Shown here: one piece after another, positions 39,983-48,791 of the stretch
Position numbering within the stretch: the stretch's first letter is position 1
Layout of the letters: each line of letters opens with the position of its first letter
NCBI GenBank assembly: GCA_963805975.1
Contig: CAWDVR010000002.1
Span: forward strand, 864,001-928,000
Reading direction: 5' to 3'
DNA from: an uncultured Acidobacteriota bacterium
GTDB lineage: Bacteria > Acidobacteriota > Thermoanaerobaculia > Multivoradales > SZUA-115
DNA: 64,000 nucleotides
Notes under the pieces: generated by a model
Databases searched by the model: none
Told to the model about the DNA's origin: nothing
What the model saw: only the letters and a program-made list of their open reading frames with translations
Made by a program: the position numbers and the translations under genes

Positions 39983-41413
39983 CTACGGCGGCGGACGGCC
40001 TCCGGATGCCTCTCGCCGTGTTCTCTGTCGCCACAGGAAGTAGGCCGGCACGCCGAGGGCCACGAAGGAGAGGCCGAGCAAGGACTCGCGAGGCCGCTCG
40101 GAGAGCGTGCTCACCACCAGAGCCAGCGAGGCCAGGATGAACACCGCCGGCACCACCGGGTAGCCCCAGACGCGGTACGGCCGCGGCAGCTCCGGGCGCC
40201 GGGCGCGCAGCACGAAGACCGCGGCGCCGGTCGCCACGTGGAACAGCACCGCGGCGAAGATGACGTAGGTGTAGAGCTGGCTGTAGGTGCCGGAGAGCGT
40301 CAGCAGCAGGGCCCAGGCGGTCTGGATCCACAGGCTCTTGGCCGGGGTGCGATGACGGGGGTGGATGTCGGCCAGGGCGCGGAAGAAGAGGCCGTCCTCA
40401 GCCATCGGCAGGTAGGTCCGCGAGCTGTAGAGAATGGTCGCGGACAGGCAGCCGAAGGCCGAGACCAGCACCGCCGCCGACAGCAGCCGGGCGCCGGCCG
40501 GGCCGAAGAGGCTCGCGGCCGCCGCCTCGCCGATGCGCGTGGTGCCGGCCATCTCCTCCGGCGTCAAGGCGCGGAAGTAGGCAAGATTGATCAGCACGTA
40601 GAGGCCCAGCACCGCCAGCGTGCCGCCGATCAGCCCGATGGGCAGGCCCCGCGCGGGGTCCTTCATCTCGCCGGCCGAGAAGGTCAGGCCGTACCAGCCG
40701 TCGTAGGTCCAGAGGGCGGCGATCATGCCTACCGCGAAGGCCGCCGCGAGGCCGGCGCCCGGCAGCGGCGCGAAGAACGGGCTCGCCGCCTTGGCCGGCA
40801 CCAGGAAGCCGATGCCGGCGAGGAGCAGCATCGCCGCGATCTTCGCCAGCGTCAGCAGGTTCTGCACCCAGGCGCCTTCCTTCAAGCCGAGGTAGTTGAC
40901 CGCGGTCAGCAGGACGATGGCGAGGGCGCCGCCGAGCTGGCTGCCGCGGAGCACCCACGGCCAGCCGCCAATGTCGGCGGAGACGATCGCGTGCTCGGTC
41001 GAGAAGAACGGCAGGAAGCTTCCCAGGTACTCGCCGAAGCCCACGGCGATGGCGGCGATGCCGCCCGACATGATGACCGTGAACGCCGTCCAGCCAAAGA
41101 GGAACGCGGGCAGCGGACCGTAAGCCTCTTTCAAGAACACGTACATGCCGCCGGCCCTGGGGAACATCGCCCCGAGCTCGGCGTAGGTCAGCGCCCCGGC
41201 CAGGGTGAAAAGACCGGAGGCGATCCACACGGCGAGGATCCAGGCCTCGCTCGGCAGCACGCGCGCGATGTCGCCGGTGGTGAGGAAGATGCCGGTGCCC
41301 ACCACCGAGCCGATGGTGAGCAAGGTGCCGTCGAAGGCCGAGAGGCCGCGCACCAGGCCGGGCGCGCGGGCGTCCGGAGCGGTGTCGGGAGCACTTCCAC
41401 GGGGTTTTCGCAA
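39983..41413 (-). CDS. APC family amino acid permease (LAT/SteT-like)
   Basis: GSVVGTGIF, YAELGAMFPRAGG, WTYDGW, RPYRVWGYP. Start uncertain (TTG 41413 or 41452). Confidence 0.9.
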   Translation of the reverse strand: MRKPRGSAPDTAPDARAPGLVRGLSAFDGTLLTIGSVVGTGIFLTTGDIARVLPSEAWILAVWIASGLFTLAGALTYAELGAMFPRAGGMYVFLKEAYGPLPAFLFGWTAFTVIMSGGIAAIAVGFGEYLGSFLPFFSTEHAIVSADIGGWPWVLRGSQLGGALAIVLLTAVNYLGLKEGAWVQNLLTLAKIAAMLLLAGIGFLVPAKAASPFFAPLPGAGLAAAFAVGMIAALWTYDGWYGLTFSAGEMKDPARGLPIGLIGGTLAVLGLYVLINLAYFRALTPEEMAGTTRIGEAAAASLFGPAGARLLSAAVLVSAFGCLSATILYSSRTYLPMAEDGLFFRALADIHPRHRTPAKSLWIQTAWALLLTLSGTYSQLYTYVIFAAVLFHVATGAAVFVLRARRPELPRPYRVWGYPVVPAVFILASLALVVSTLSERPRESLLGLSFVALGVPAYFLWRQRTRREASGGRPPP

Positions 41414-41483
41414 GGTGCGCGGCAGCCTAGCGCCGCGCGCCCGGCGGCGCAACCCGAGCCGCTGACGGCCTGCCCTCTCCTCG

Positions 41484-43973
41484 CTACCCCTCTCCCTTGA
41501 GCGCCCGCACCGGGTCCACGGCGGTGGCGCGACGCGCGGGGAGGAGGGTGGCGAGGAAGGCCACCGCGGCGAGGAGGGCCGCGGTCAGGACGAAAGTCTT
41601 GGGGTCGAGCACCGAGAGGCCGTAGAGCAGTTCCCCGAGGGCGCGGCTGGTGAGGAGCGCCACGGTGCTACCGGCCAGCAGGCCCACGGCGATACCGATC
41701 GCCACCAGCTTCATGCCGTGGGCGAGCATCATCCGCACCACCGAGTCGCTCTCGGCCCCCAGCGCCATGCGGATGCCGATCTCGCGGTTGCGCTGCCCCA
41801 CGGCGTAGGACATCACACCGTAAATGCCGATCATCGCCAGCACCAGGGCCAGGCCGCCGAAGACGCCCAGGAGACCCGCCGCCAGCCGCGCCGGCCACAG
41901 CGACTGGGCGACCGTGGCGGTCATGGTCTCGACGTTCAGGATCGGTAGGTTGCGCTCCAGCGCCCGCACCTGGTCGCGCGCCAGGGTCATCGCCGTCGAG
42001 ACCCCTTTCTCGTCCTTCGCTCGCACGAAGAGGGCCATCGCGGGGCCGAAGTGCTGGCGCCGCGGCAGGTAGATGTAGGGCACCGGGTCCTCGCCCAGGG
42101 TGTTGACCTTGCGGTCCTTGGCGACGCCCACCACCTCGAGCAGCCAGTCCTGGCCGAAGAACTTGAAACGCTGGCCGACCGCGTTCTCCCCCGGCCAGAA
42201 CTGCTTGGCGGCCGCCTCGCTGAAGACTGCCACGTAGGGCGAGCCCATGCGGTCGAGCGCGGTGAACTCACGGCCGCCGACCAGGGGAATGCCCAGGGTC
42301 CTCAGATAGCCCTCGCCCACCGGGTCGATGGTGGTCAGGATGCCGTTGTTCTCGGCCTTGGGGTCGCGGCCCTCGACCAGCACGGTACGCATGAAGCCGC
42401 CCTGGGCGAGCGGCACGTTGGTGGCGAGTGTCGCCGACTCGATCCCGCCGCTCCCCTCGAGCCGCTCGAGCACCTGGTCGAAGAACTGCTCGGCCTGCGG
42501 CTGCTTGAAGCCCACGGCCGCGGTGTTCAGGAACATCACGGCGGTGCGGCCGGAGTCGAAGCCGGGATCGATCCGCGTGGCGTTGCCGAGGCTCCGCAGG
42601 AAGAGGCCGGAGCCGATGAGCGCCACCAGCGACAACGCCACCTGGCCGGCGACCAGGAGGTTGCGGAGCGAGAACAGGCTGGGCCGGCCGGCAGGCTCGT
42701 CGGCCCCGCGCTTCAGGCTCTGCACCACCGATGGGCGGGTGGCCTGGAGGGCCGGCGCCAGCCCGAAGAGCAGGCTGGTGAGGAGCGCCACGCCGAGCGT
42801 GAAGGCGAGCACCCGGCCGTCGAAGGAAAGGTCGAGCACCAGGCCCTGGAGGAACGGCGGGCGCAGGGCCCAGAGCGCGGTGCGCGCCCACCAGGCGAGC
42901 ACGAAACCCGCGGCGGCGGAGGCCAGGCCGAGGAGCAGGCTCTCGGCGAGGAGCTGGCGGATGAGCCGGCCGCGGCTGGCGCCGAGCGACAGGCGGACGG
43001 CGATCTCGCCCTTGCGGCCCATGGCGCGGGCGAGCATCAGGTTGGCGACGTTGGCGCAGGCGATGAGCAGCACCAGGGCCACGACGCCCATCAGCAGGCT
43101 GCTGCCCCCCGTGAGCGCTGCCCGCTGCTGGGGAGGCACGCGGCTCTCGAGCAGGGGCGCCAGGCCGACGTTCCGGCCGGTGTTCTCGATCGGGTGCTCC
43201 TGCTCCAGCGCCTTGCCGATGGTCTGGACCTGGGCTGTCGCCGCCTCGAGGGAGACCCCGGACTTCAGGCGCGCGAAGGTGAACGTGATCAGCGCCCGGC
43301 GGCTCTTGAAGTGGCCGGCCAGATCGGGCGGCGCCAGCAGCTCGTAGGCCATCGAAGGCGCCCAGGCGGCGGGCGCGCCGAACACCACCGGGGTGTCGAA
43401 GGCCACCGGCGCCACCCCGACCACGGTGAACGGCTGGGTGTTGAGATGGATGGTGGAGCCCACGATGGCGGGGTTGGCGCCGAAGTTCTCGCGCCAGGTG
43501 CGGTGGGCCAGCACCACCACCGGGTTCCTGCCCGGCACCTCGTCCTCCTCGGGCAGGAAGAAGCGGCCCAGCGCCGGCTGGGCGCCCAGGGTCTTGAAAT
43601 AGCCGCCGGAGACGAACTGCATGCCGATCGGCTGCGGCTCACCCTCACCCAGCTGCAGGCTGGCGCCCAGGAAGGTGAGGTTGATGGTCGAGGAGAAGAC
43701 CTGGTTGCGGTCCCGGTAATCCTCGAAGTTGGGCCTCGAGATCGGTAGCTGGTTGCCAAGGAACTGCTGCTTCGTATCGGTGCCGAAGAGGACCACCAGC
43801 TCCTCGGGCTTCTCCACCTGGATGCCCTTGAAGAAGAGGGCGTTGACCACCGAGAAGATGGTCACGTTGGCGGCCAGGCCCACGGCCAGCGAGGCCACGG
43901 CCACGGCGGTCACCGCCGGCGACTTGAGCATCATCCGAAGCGCGAATCGCAGGTCTTTGAGGAAACCGTCCAT
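41484..43973 (-). CDS. ADOP-type duplicated ABC permease (MacB/FtsX repeats)
   Basis: DLRFALRMMLKSP, LLIACANVANL, EIAVRLSLGASRGRL, EIGIRMALGA, PARRATAVDP. Confidence 0.92.
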   Translation of the reverse strand: MDGFLKDLRFALRMMLKSPAVTAVAVASLAVGLAANVTIFSVVNALFFKGIQVEKPEELVVLFGTDTKQQFLGNQLPISRPNFEDYRDRNQVFSSTINLTFLGASLQLGEGEPQPIGMQFVSGGYFKTLGAQPALGRFFLPEEDEVPGRNPVVVLAHRTWRENFGANPAIVGSTIHLNTQPFTVVGVAPVAFDTPVVFGAPAAWAPSMAYELLAPPDLAGHFKSRRALITFTFARLKSGVSLEAATAQVQTIGKALEQEHPIENTGRNVGLAPLLESRVPPQQRAALTGGSSLLMGVVALVLLIACANVANLMLARAMGRKGEIAVRLSLGASRGRLIRQLLAESLLLGLASAAAGFVLAWWARTALWALRPPFLQGLVLDLSFDGRVLAFTLGVALLTSLLFGLAPALQATRPSVVQSLKRGADEPAGRPSLFSLRNLLVAGQVALSLVALIGSGLFLRSLGNATRIDPGFDSGRTAVMFLNTAAVGFKQPQAEQFFDQVLERLEGSGGIESATLATNVPLAQGGFMRTVLVEGRDPKAENNGILTTIDPVGEGYLRTLGIPLVGGREFTALDRMGSPYVAVFSEAAAKQFWPGENAVGQRFKFFGQDWLLEVVGVAKDRKVNTLGEDPVPYIYLPRRQHFGPAMALFVRAKDEKGVSTAMTLARDQVRALERNLPILNVETMTATVAQSLWPARLAAGLLGVFGGLALVLAMIGIYGVMSYAVGQRNREIGIRMALGAESDSVVRMMLAHGMKLVAIGIAVGLLAGSTVALLTSRALGELLYGLSVLDPKTFVLTAALLAAVAFLATLLPARRATAVDPVRALKGEG

Positions 43974-44006
43974 GAGCGAGCTCCTTGCCGGCTGTTCTCT
44001 CGATAG

Positions 44007-44032
44007 TACGCCAGTGGTCCCGGGAGGTTTCC
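44007..44032 (-). promoter_or_regulatory. SigW-like ECF promoter upstream of the ADOP permease
   Basis: Minus strand GGAAAC, 16 bp spacer, CGTA, then RBS AAGGAG. Confidence 0.6.
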
Positions 44033-44097
44033 CCGGCCGCCACCAGCGAAACGAACTAAGATCGATCCCGTTCCATCCGTGGGGAGTACCGGATCTC

Positions 44098-44772
44098 ATG
44101 CCCGCCAGAACCCGAGCCGCATCGCAGCAGGCCTCCCTCTACGCCGTCCACCCCGGCGTTGCCATGACCCAGAAGTGGATCGCCGAGATGAAAGACCGGA
44201 CCGGCCGCTCGCTCGCCGGCTGGCTCGATCTGATCCGCGAGCAGGGCCCCGCCGGGGAGAAGGAGGTCGCGGCCCGGCTCAAGCAGGAGCACGGCTTCAC
44301 GACCCACAACGCGAGCTGGATGGCGCAGCGGGCCTCGAACAGGGCCCTGGGCCTCGCGGACGAGGACCCCGACGCCTACCTGGCCGCGGCGCCCCGCTAC
44401 GTGGAGACGATGTACACCGGCAAAGAGGCGCTGCGGCCGATCCACGACGCCGTCGTGAGCCTGGTCCGCGAAGTGAGCCCGGAGGTGCGCATCTGCCCCT
44501 GCACGACCATCGTGCCGTTCTACCGGGAGCACGTCTTCGCGCGCACCCAGCCGGCCACCAAGACCCGCGTGGACGTCGGCCTGGCGCTCAAGGGCCACCC
44601 CGGCAAGCTGCCGGCGCGCCTCGTGGACACCGGCGGCCTGGCCAAGGGCGACCGCATCACCCACCGCATCCCTTTGCAGCAGGTGGGCGAGGTGGACGAC
44701 GAGGTCGGCCGCTGGCTCGCCATCTCCTGGGAGCTCGACGCGCCGAAGAAGGCGAAGCGCCCCTCACCCTAA
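44098..44772 (+). CDS. DUF4287/DUF5655 domain protein
   Basis: KDRTGRSLAGWLDLI...LKQEHG N-terminal domain; YTGKEALRPIHD, PATKTRVDVGL, THRI C-terminal domain. Confidence 0.8.
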   Translation: MPARTRAASQQASLYAVHPGVAMTQKWIAEMKDRTGRSLAGWLDLIREQGPAGEKEVAARLKQEHGFTTHNASWMAQRASNRALGLADEDPDAYLAAAPRYVETMYTGKEALRPIHDAVVSLVREVSPEVRICPCTTIVPFYREHVFARTQPATKTRVDVGLALKGHPGKLPARLVDTGGLAKGDRITHRIPLQQVGEVDDEVGRWLAISWELDAPKKAKRPSP

Positions 44773-44800
44773 CCCTCTCCCCGCAAGCGGGGCGAGGGGA
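44760..44800 (+). repeat. CCCTCACCC-type palindromic repeat (family A)
   Basis: CCCCTCACCCTAACCCTCTCCCCGCAAGCGGGGCGAGGGGA. Confidence 0.8.
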
Positions 44801-44805
44801 CCGGA

Positions 44806-44861
44806 GTAAGGGCGACCCTCGTGGTCGCCCTCGTCAGGGCGGGCACGAGGCCCGCCCCTAC
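44806..44861. repeat. GTAG-type REP doublet (family B)
   Basis: GTAAGGGCGACCCTCGTGGTCGCCC on + and GTAGGGGCGGGCCTCGTGCCCGCCC on -, each a short hairpin preceded by GTA(A/G). Confidence 0.75.
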
Positions 44862-47122
44862 AGGCCCTTCACCACCGCCGTCGCCTTCTCCACCTCGGCC
44901 GTGAAGCGGGCCAGCACGCCGGCCAGCACCTCGATCTGCTGGCCGGCCTCGGCGAACTTCCTCACCTCGATCGCCTCGCGCACCGCCGGCAGGGTCTTGA
45001 CGCCGTAGCCCGTGTAGTTCCCCGGCGCGTAGAGGTAGTGGCGGTACCACGGCCGCCCCGGCAGCCCCTCTTTGCGCAGCAGCGCTCGCTCGAGCCCCAT
45101 CAGGATGCCGTCGAGCTTCGCCTGCTCGGCGCTCGGGAGCGGCTTGCCGCTCGCCGCCCGCGCGGTTCCGGCGCTCTCGTAGCGCTCGACCGCGGCCTGG
45201 AGCGCTGCCACCGCGTTGTCGAGCGGCGCGAAGTTGAGGTAGGGCACCGGCTCCTTGGCCTGGGGGACGACGAAGGTCTTCCGCGGGTCGGACACCGCCT
45301 CGTAGACCTTGCGCTCGAGCCGCCCATTCTCCTCCACCGTCGAGTCGCGGAGGTCGTCCGTCATCTTCTTGACGTCCGTCACGTACTCGCCCACCGTGGC
45401 GGAGAAGCGGCCGAGCTCGAAGGGCAGCACGTCGGCGTTGGCGAAGCGCAGCATCACCCGGCCGCCGGCCTGGGCGAGCGCCACGCCGTAGCGGAAGTCG
45501 GTGTCCATGAAGCGGGTGTAGTGGTCGAAGGAGTCGTAGATCGAGTGGTACTGGCCGTACTCGCCCTCGTCGCCGAAGGCGAAGTTGAGCGAGGCGACCC
45601 CGAGGTGCTGGAGGAAAGGGGTGAAGTCCGAGCCCGAGCCCAGGGCGGAGAGGCGGAGCGGCTTGCCGTCCCGCGCCTCCCGGCGCTCGGTTGGGGAGCC
45701 GTTGAGCTCGACGTAGGCCCGCAGCCGGTCCGCGGCGCTGCCGCCCTTCTCCGGATCGGTCACGTCCCGCGCCACCTCGTTCATGAAGAGCTCGAGCGTG
45801 TGCGAGCCGCCCATGCCGAAGAAGCCGCGCTCGTTCGAGTCCGAGTTGGCGTAGAGCACCGCCTTCTGGGCCAGGAGCTCGGCGTGCGCTTCCACCCACT
45901 CGGTCGAGCCCAGGAGGCCCGGCTCCTCGGCGTCCCAGCCGGCGTAGACGATCGTCCGCTTGGGCCGCCAGCCCTCCTTGGCGAGCATGCCCACCGCCCG
46001 CGCCTCTTCGAGCACCGCCACCATGCCGGAGATCGGGTCGGTGGCGCCGTTCACCCAGCCGTCGAAGTGGTTGCCGCGGATCACCCACTGGTCCGGCCGC
46101 TCGGCTCCGGGGAGCTTGGCGATCACGTCGAGCGCCGGCGCCAGGTCCCAGTTGAACGCGAGCTTCAGATGGACCTTCGCCGGGCCCGGCCCCAGGTGGT
46201 AGGTGATGGGCAGCGCGCCGCGCCAATCGCGGGGCGCCACCGGCCCGCCGAGCGCGGCGAGGAGCGGCTTCGCGTCGCGGGCGGAGATCGGCAGCACCGG
46301 GACCTTGGTGAGCGTCGTCGCCTCGGAGAGCGGTAGGCGCTTGGCGTCCTTGGTGGCGCCCACGAACGGCGTCAGCGGGTCGCCCGAGCGCTGCGGTACG
46401 TCCGTCACCGAGCCGCGCTGCACGCCCTGGTCCGGCCGCCAGCCGCCCTGGGGATAGACATCGCCCCAGGCAAAGCCGTCGATGTCCGGGTCGGAGTAGA
46501 TGATGCAGCCGATGGCGCCGTGCTCGGCCGCCACCTTGGGCTTGATGCCGCGCCACGAGGCGCCGTACTTGACGATCACGATCTTGCCCTTGACGTCGAT
46601 CCCGTGCTTGGCGAGCTCCTCGTAGTCCTTGGGCAGGCCGTAGTTGACGTAGACCAGCTCACCCGTCACGTCGCCGTCGATCGAGTAGGCGTTGTAGGTC
46701 GGGAGCTGCTCGGCGGTCTGGCCGGAGGTCGAGTCCTCGGCGAGCGTGTCCTCCTTGAGAGAGGCCGTGAAGCGCGTCGGGGCCACCATCTCCAGCAGCC
46801 GCACCTTGGGGGTCGGGAACAGCACGTGGAACTCCTCGATCGCGGCCTCGTAGCCCCAGGAGCGGAAGAGGCCCACCATCATCTCGGCGTTCGCCCGCCC
46901 CTGCGGCGAGCCCACGTGGTTCGGCCGCGCCGACATCTGCTGCATCCACTGGCGGAGGTTGTCGGCGGAGAGCTGGGCGTCGAGCTTCGCCTCCAGGGCA
47001 AGCTGCCCGGCGACCCGCTCCGGAGCGAACCCCTGGAGCGACTTCTCCGGCGGCGTGGCAGCGGCTACGGGAGCCAGGGCGAGGGCGACGAGAACGAGCG
47101 ACGACGAGGCGAGCTTGCGCAT
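44858..47122 (-). CDS. M28 glutamate carboxypeptidase II-like peptidase (PA + TfR dimerisation domains)
   Basis: Signal peptide, YVNYG PA domain, GNHFDGW, GATDP, WDAEE, GSGSDF, YHSIYD, GLPGRPWYRH. Confidence 0.92.
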   Translation of the reverse strand: MRKLASSSLVLVALALAPVAAATPPEKSLQGFAPERVAGQLALEAKLDAQLSADNLRQWMQQMSARPNHVGSPQGRANAEMMVGLFRSWGYEAAIEEFHVLFPTPKVRLLEMVAPTRFTASLKEDTLAEDSTSGQTAEQLPTYNAYSIDGDVTGELVYVNYGLPKDYEELAKHGIDVKGKIVIVKYGASWRGIKPKVAAEHGAIGCIIYSDPDIDGFAWGDVYPQGGWRPDQGVQRGSVTDVPQRSGDPLTPFVGATKDAKRLPLSEATTLTKVPVLPISARDAKPLLAALGGPVAPRDWRGALPITYHLGPGPAKVHLKLAFNWDLAPALDVIAKLPGAERPDQWVIRGNHFDGWVNGATDPISGMVAVLEEARAVGMLAKEGWRPKRTIVYAGWDAEEPGLLGSTEWVEAHAELLAQKAVLYANSDSNERGFFGMGGSHTLELFMNEVARDVTDPEKGGSAADRLRAYVELNGSPTERREARDGKPLRLSALGSGSDFTPFLQHLGVASLNFAFGDEGEYGQYHSIYDSFDHYTRFMDTDFRYGVALAQAGGRVMLRFANADVLPFELGRFSATVGEYVTDVKKMTDDLRDSTVEENGRLERKVYEAVSDPRKTFVVPQAKEPVPYLNFAPLDNAVAALQAAVERYESAGTARAASGKPLPSAEQAKLDGILMGLERALLRKEGLPGRPWYRHYLYAPGNYTGYGVKTLPAVREAIEVRKFAEAGQQIEVLAGVLARFTAEVEKATAVVKGL

Positions 47123-47245
47123 GCGGACTCTCCTTGGGTGGCGGCAGGGGGCGGGTGGAGAGAGATTCTACTGCCCCAGCCGGCGACCGAGCCGGCGCCG
47201 CGCATAGACTTGCGCACCTCTCGCGACGGTTGCTCCACGGCCCGG

Positions 47246-48787
47246 CTACGGCCTTGGCAGCCTCAGGACCCGCAGCACTCCACGCCCCACCACGTCCGGT
47301 GAGAGGACCAGGATCTCCGGTCTGCCGTCCCCGTCCAGGTCTGCGATCTCGACCTCCTCGCCGCGCTCGACCTCTTCGCGGTCGACCTCTGCGCCCGAGG
47401 CCGAGAGAGTGAGCACCACCTTCTCGGGGTCCTCCTCCGGCTTGCGGAGCGGGAGCGTCCAGCGGGGCTGTTTCTCGATCACCCGCCCGGAGCTCGCGGC
47501 GCCGGCGAAGATCGTCACCGTCTCGGTGCCGACGGCAACGAGATCGGGCCGGCCGTCGCCGGTCAGGTCGTGGCCGTAGCGCCACTTCGAGGGAGGCTGC
47601 TCGACCGTCGAATGGCGTGCCTGGGTCGAGAAGCGCCCGCCACCCAGGCCGGGCAGGGCTTCTAGGGCCAGCTCGGGCGCGGTCAGTCCCTTGGTGTAGA
47701 CCAGGACCAGGTCCTCCTTGCCGTCGCCGTCCGTATCCGTGACGTGCATGTCCGGCTCGGCCCAGCGCGGCGCGCCCGTGTCATAGGAGAGGAGCGGCAG
47801 CTTGCCGGCGCGGGTGCGGTCCGCCGCCAGCGAGAACACCCGCAGCTTGCGGTTCTCGAACAGGGCGAGCTTGCCGGCGGTCTGGGTGAGGGCGATGAGC
47901 ACCGTCTTGCCGCCGAGGACGGCGTAGCGGCTCCCCTCGACCCCTTCCGGCGACGGCAGGCGCGACCAGGCCTCGGTCCTGACCGCCTCCCCGTCGGCCG
48001 GCAGCTCGACGAGGAAGCTCCGCAGCCGGCGGTCGCCGTGCGCCTCGGGGCCGATCGCGAACCGCGGCCCGCCGGCGCCTTCTTCGTCCAGGAGCGTCAC
48101 CCGCGGGCTCGCGAGCCGCAGGCCGGTGGGCTCGCGGGCCACGGAGATGGGCAGCGGGATGCGGGTGCGCAGCCGCGGCGCGGGTTGGCCGGGCTCGTAG
48201 AGGTAGAGGGCCCCGGCTTCGGAAGCGACGAGGAGGCCCGAGTCCAGGAAGGGGCCCAGGGCGCCCGCCTTGCGCAGCCGCTTGGGCGACAGCGAGCGCG
48301 GGTCGAAGCCGGGATGGCGCAGCAACGGCTTCGGCTCCGGTCGAGCCCCGAGCCCCGAGACCGGGCCCAGCGTGTCGAGCTCGCCCATGCCGCCCAGCAG
48401 GACCTCGGCCTCGCCGTCGCCGTCGAGGTCGCCGGCGAAGAGGGCCTTGGCGCCGCCGGGCAACCCGGCCGCGAGCTCCACCAGGCCACCGCCGGCCTGC
48501 GTCTCCAGCCGGTACAGCGACCGCGGGCCATCGACTTCGCCTTCGGGCCGCACCAGGAGCAGCACGCCGGATACGAGCTTCTCTCCAGCCACGAGCGCCG
48601 CGACGATCGGCCCCGGCAGCACGGCGTCGATCCGCTGGCCGGTGCCCACCTCGAAGCGGCCGATCGCAGGCGGCTCCGGGGGCGGAGGCTTCGGCCGCTC
48701 CGGCGCTGCGGCCCCGGCACCGCGACCTCCCGTGGCCACGAGAGCGAAGAGAAGAGCCGTGAGGCCCGGCCGGCCTCGCACCGTCAT
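47246..48787 (-). CDS. Secreted FG-GAP/VCBS repeat protein
   Basis: GDLDGDGEAE, DTDGDGKEDL, DLTGDGRPDL, DLDGDGRPEI; N-terminal signal peptide. Confidence 0.82.
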   Translation of the reverse strand: MTVRGRPGLTALLFALVATGGRGAGAAAPERPKPPPPEPPAIGRFEVGTGQRIDAVLPGPIVAALVAGEKLVSGVLLLVRPEGEVDGPRSLYRLETQAGGGLVELAAGLPGGAKALFAGDLDGDGEAEVLLGGMGELDTLGPVSGLGARPEPKPLLRHPGFDPRSLSPKRLRKAGALGPFLDSGLLVASEAGALYLYEPGQPAPRLRTRIPLPISVAREPTGLRLASPRVTLLDEEGAGGPRFAIGPEAHGDRRLRSFLVELPADGEAVRTEAWSRLPSPEGVEGSRYAVLGGKTVLIALTQTAGKLALFENRKLRVFSLAADRTRAGKLPLLSYDTGAPRWAEPDMHVTDTDGDGKEDLVLVYTKGLTAPELALEALPGLGGGRFSTQARHSTVEQPPSKWRYGHDLTGDGRPDLVAVGTETVTIFAGAASSGRVIEKQPRWTLPLRKPEEDPEKVVLTLSASGAEVDREEVERGEEVEIADLDGDGRPEILVLSPDVVGRGVLRVLRLPRP

Positions 48788-48791
48788 CTTC

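Noticed and set aside
39984-40009. ECF-like promoter GCATCC-N16-CGTA upstream of msrB
   Set aside because: The -35 match is weak and lies inside the permease 3' end; not enough support.
41470-41497. Additional family A repeat copy at the ADOP gene end
   Set aside because: Only a short CCCTCTCC match without the hairpin; could be chance.
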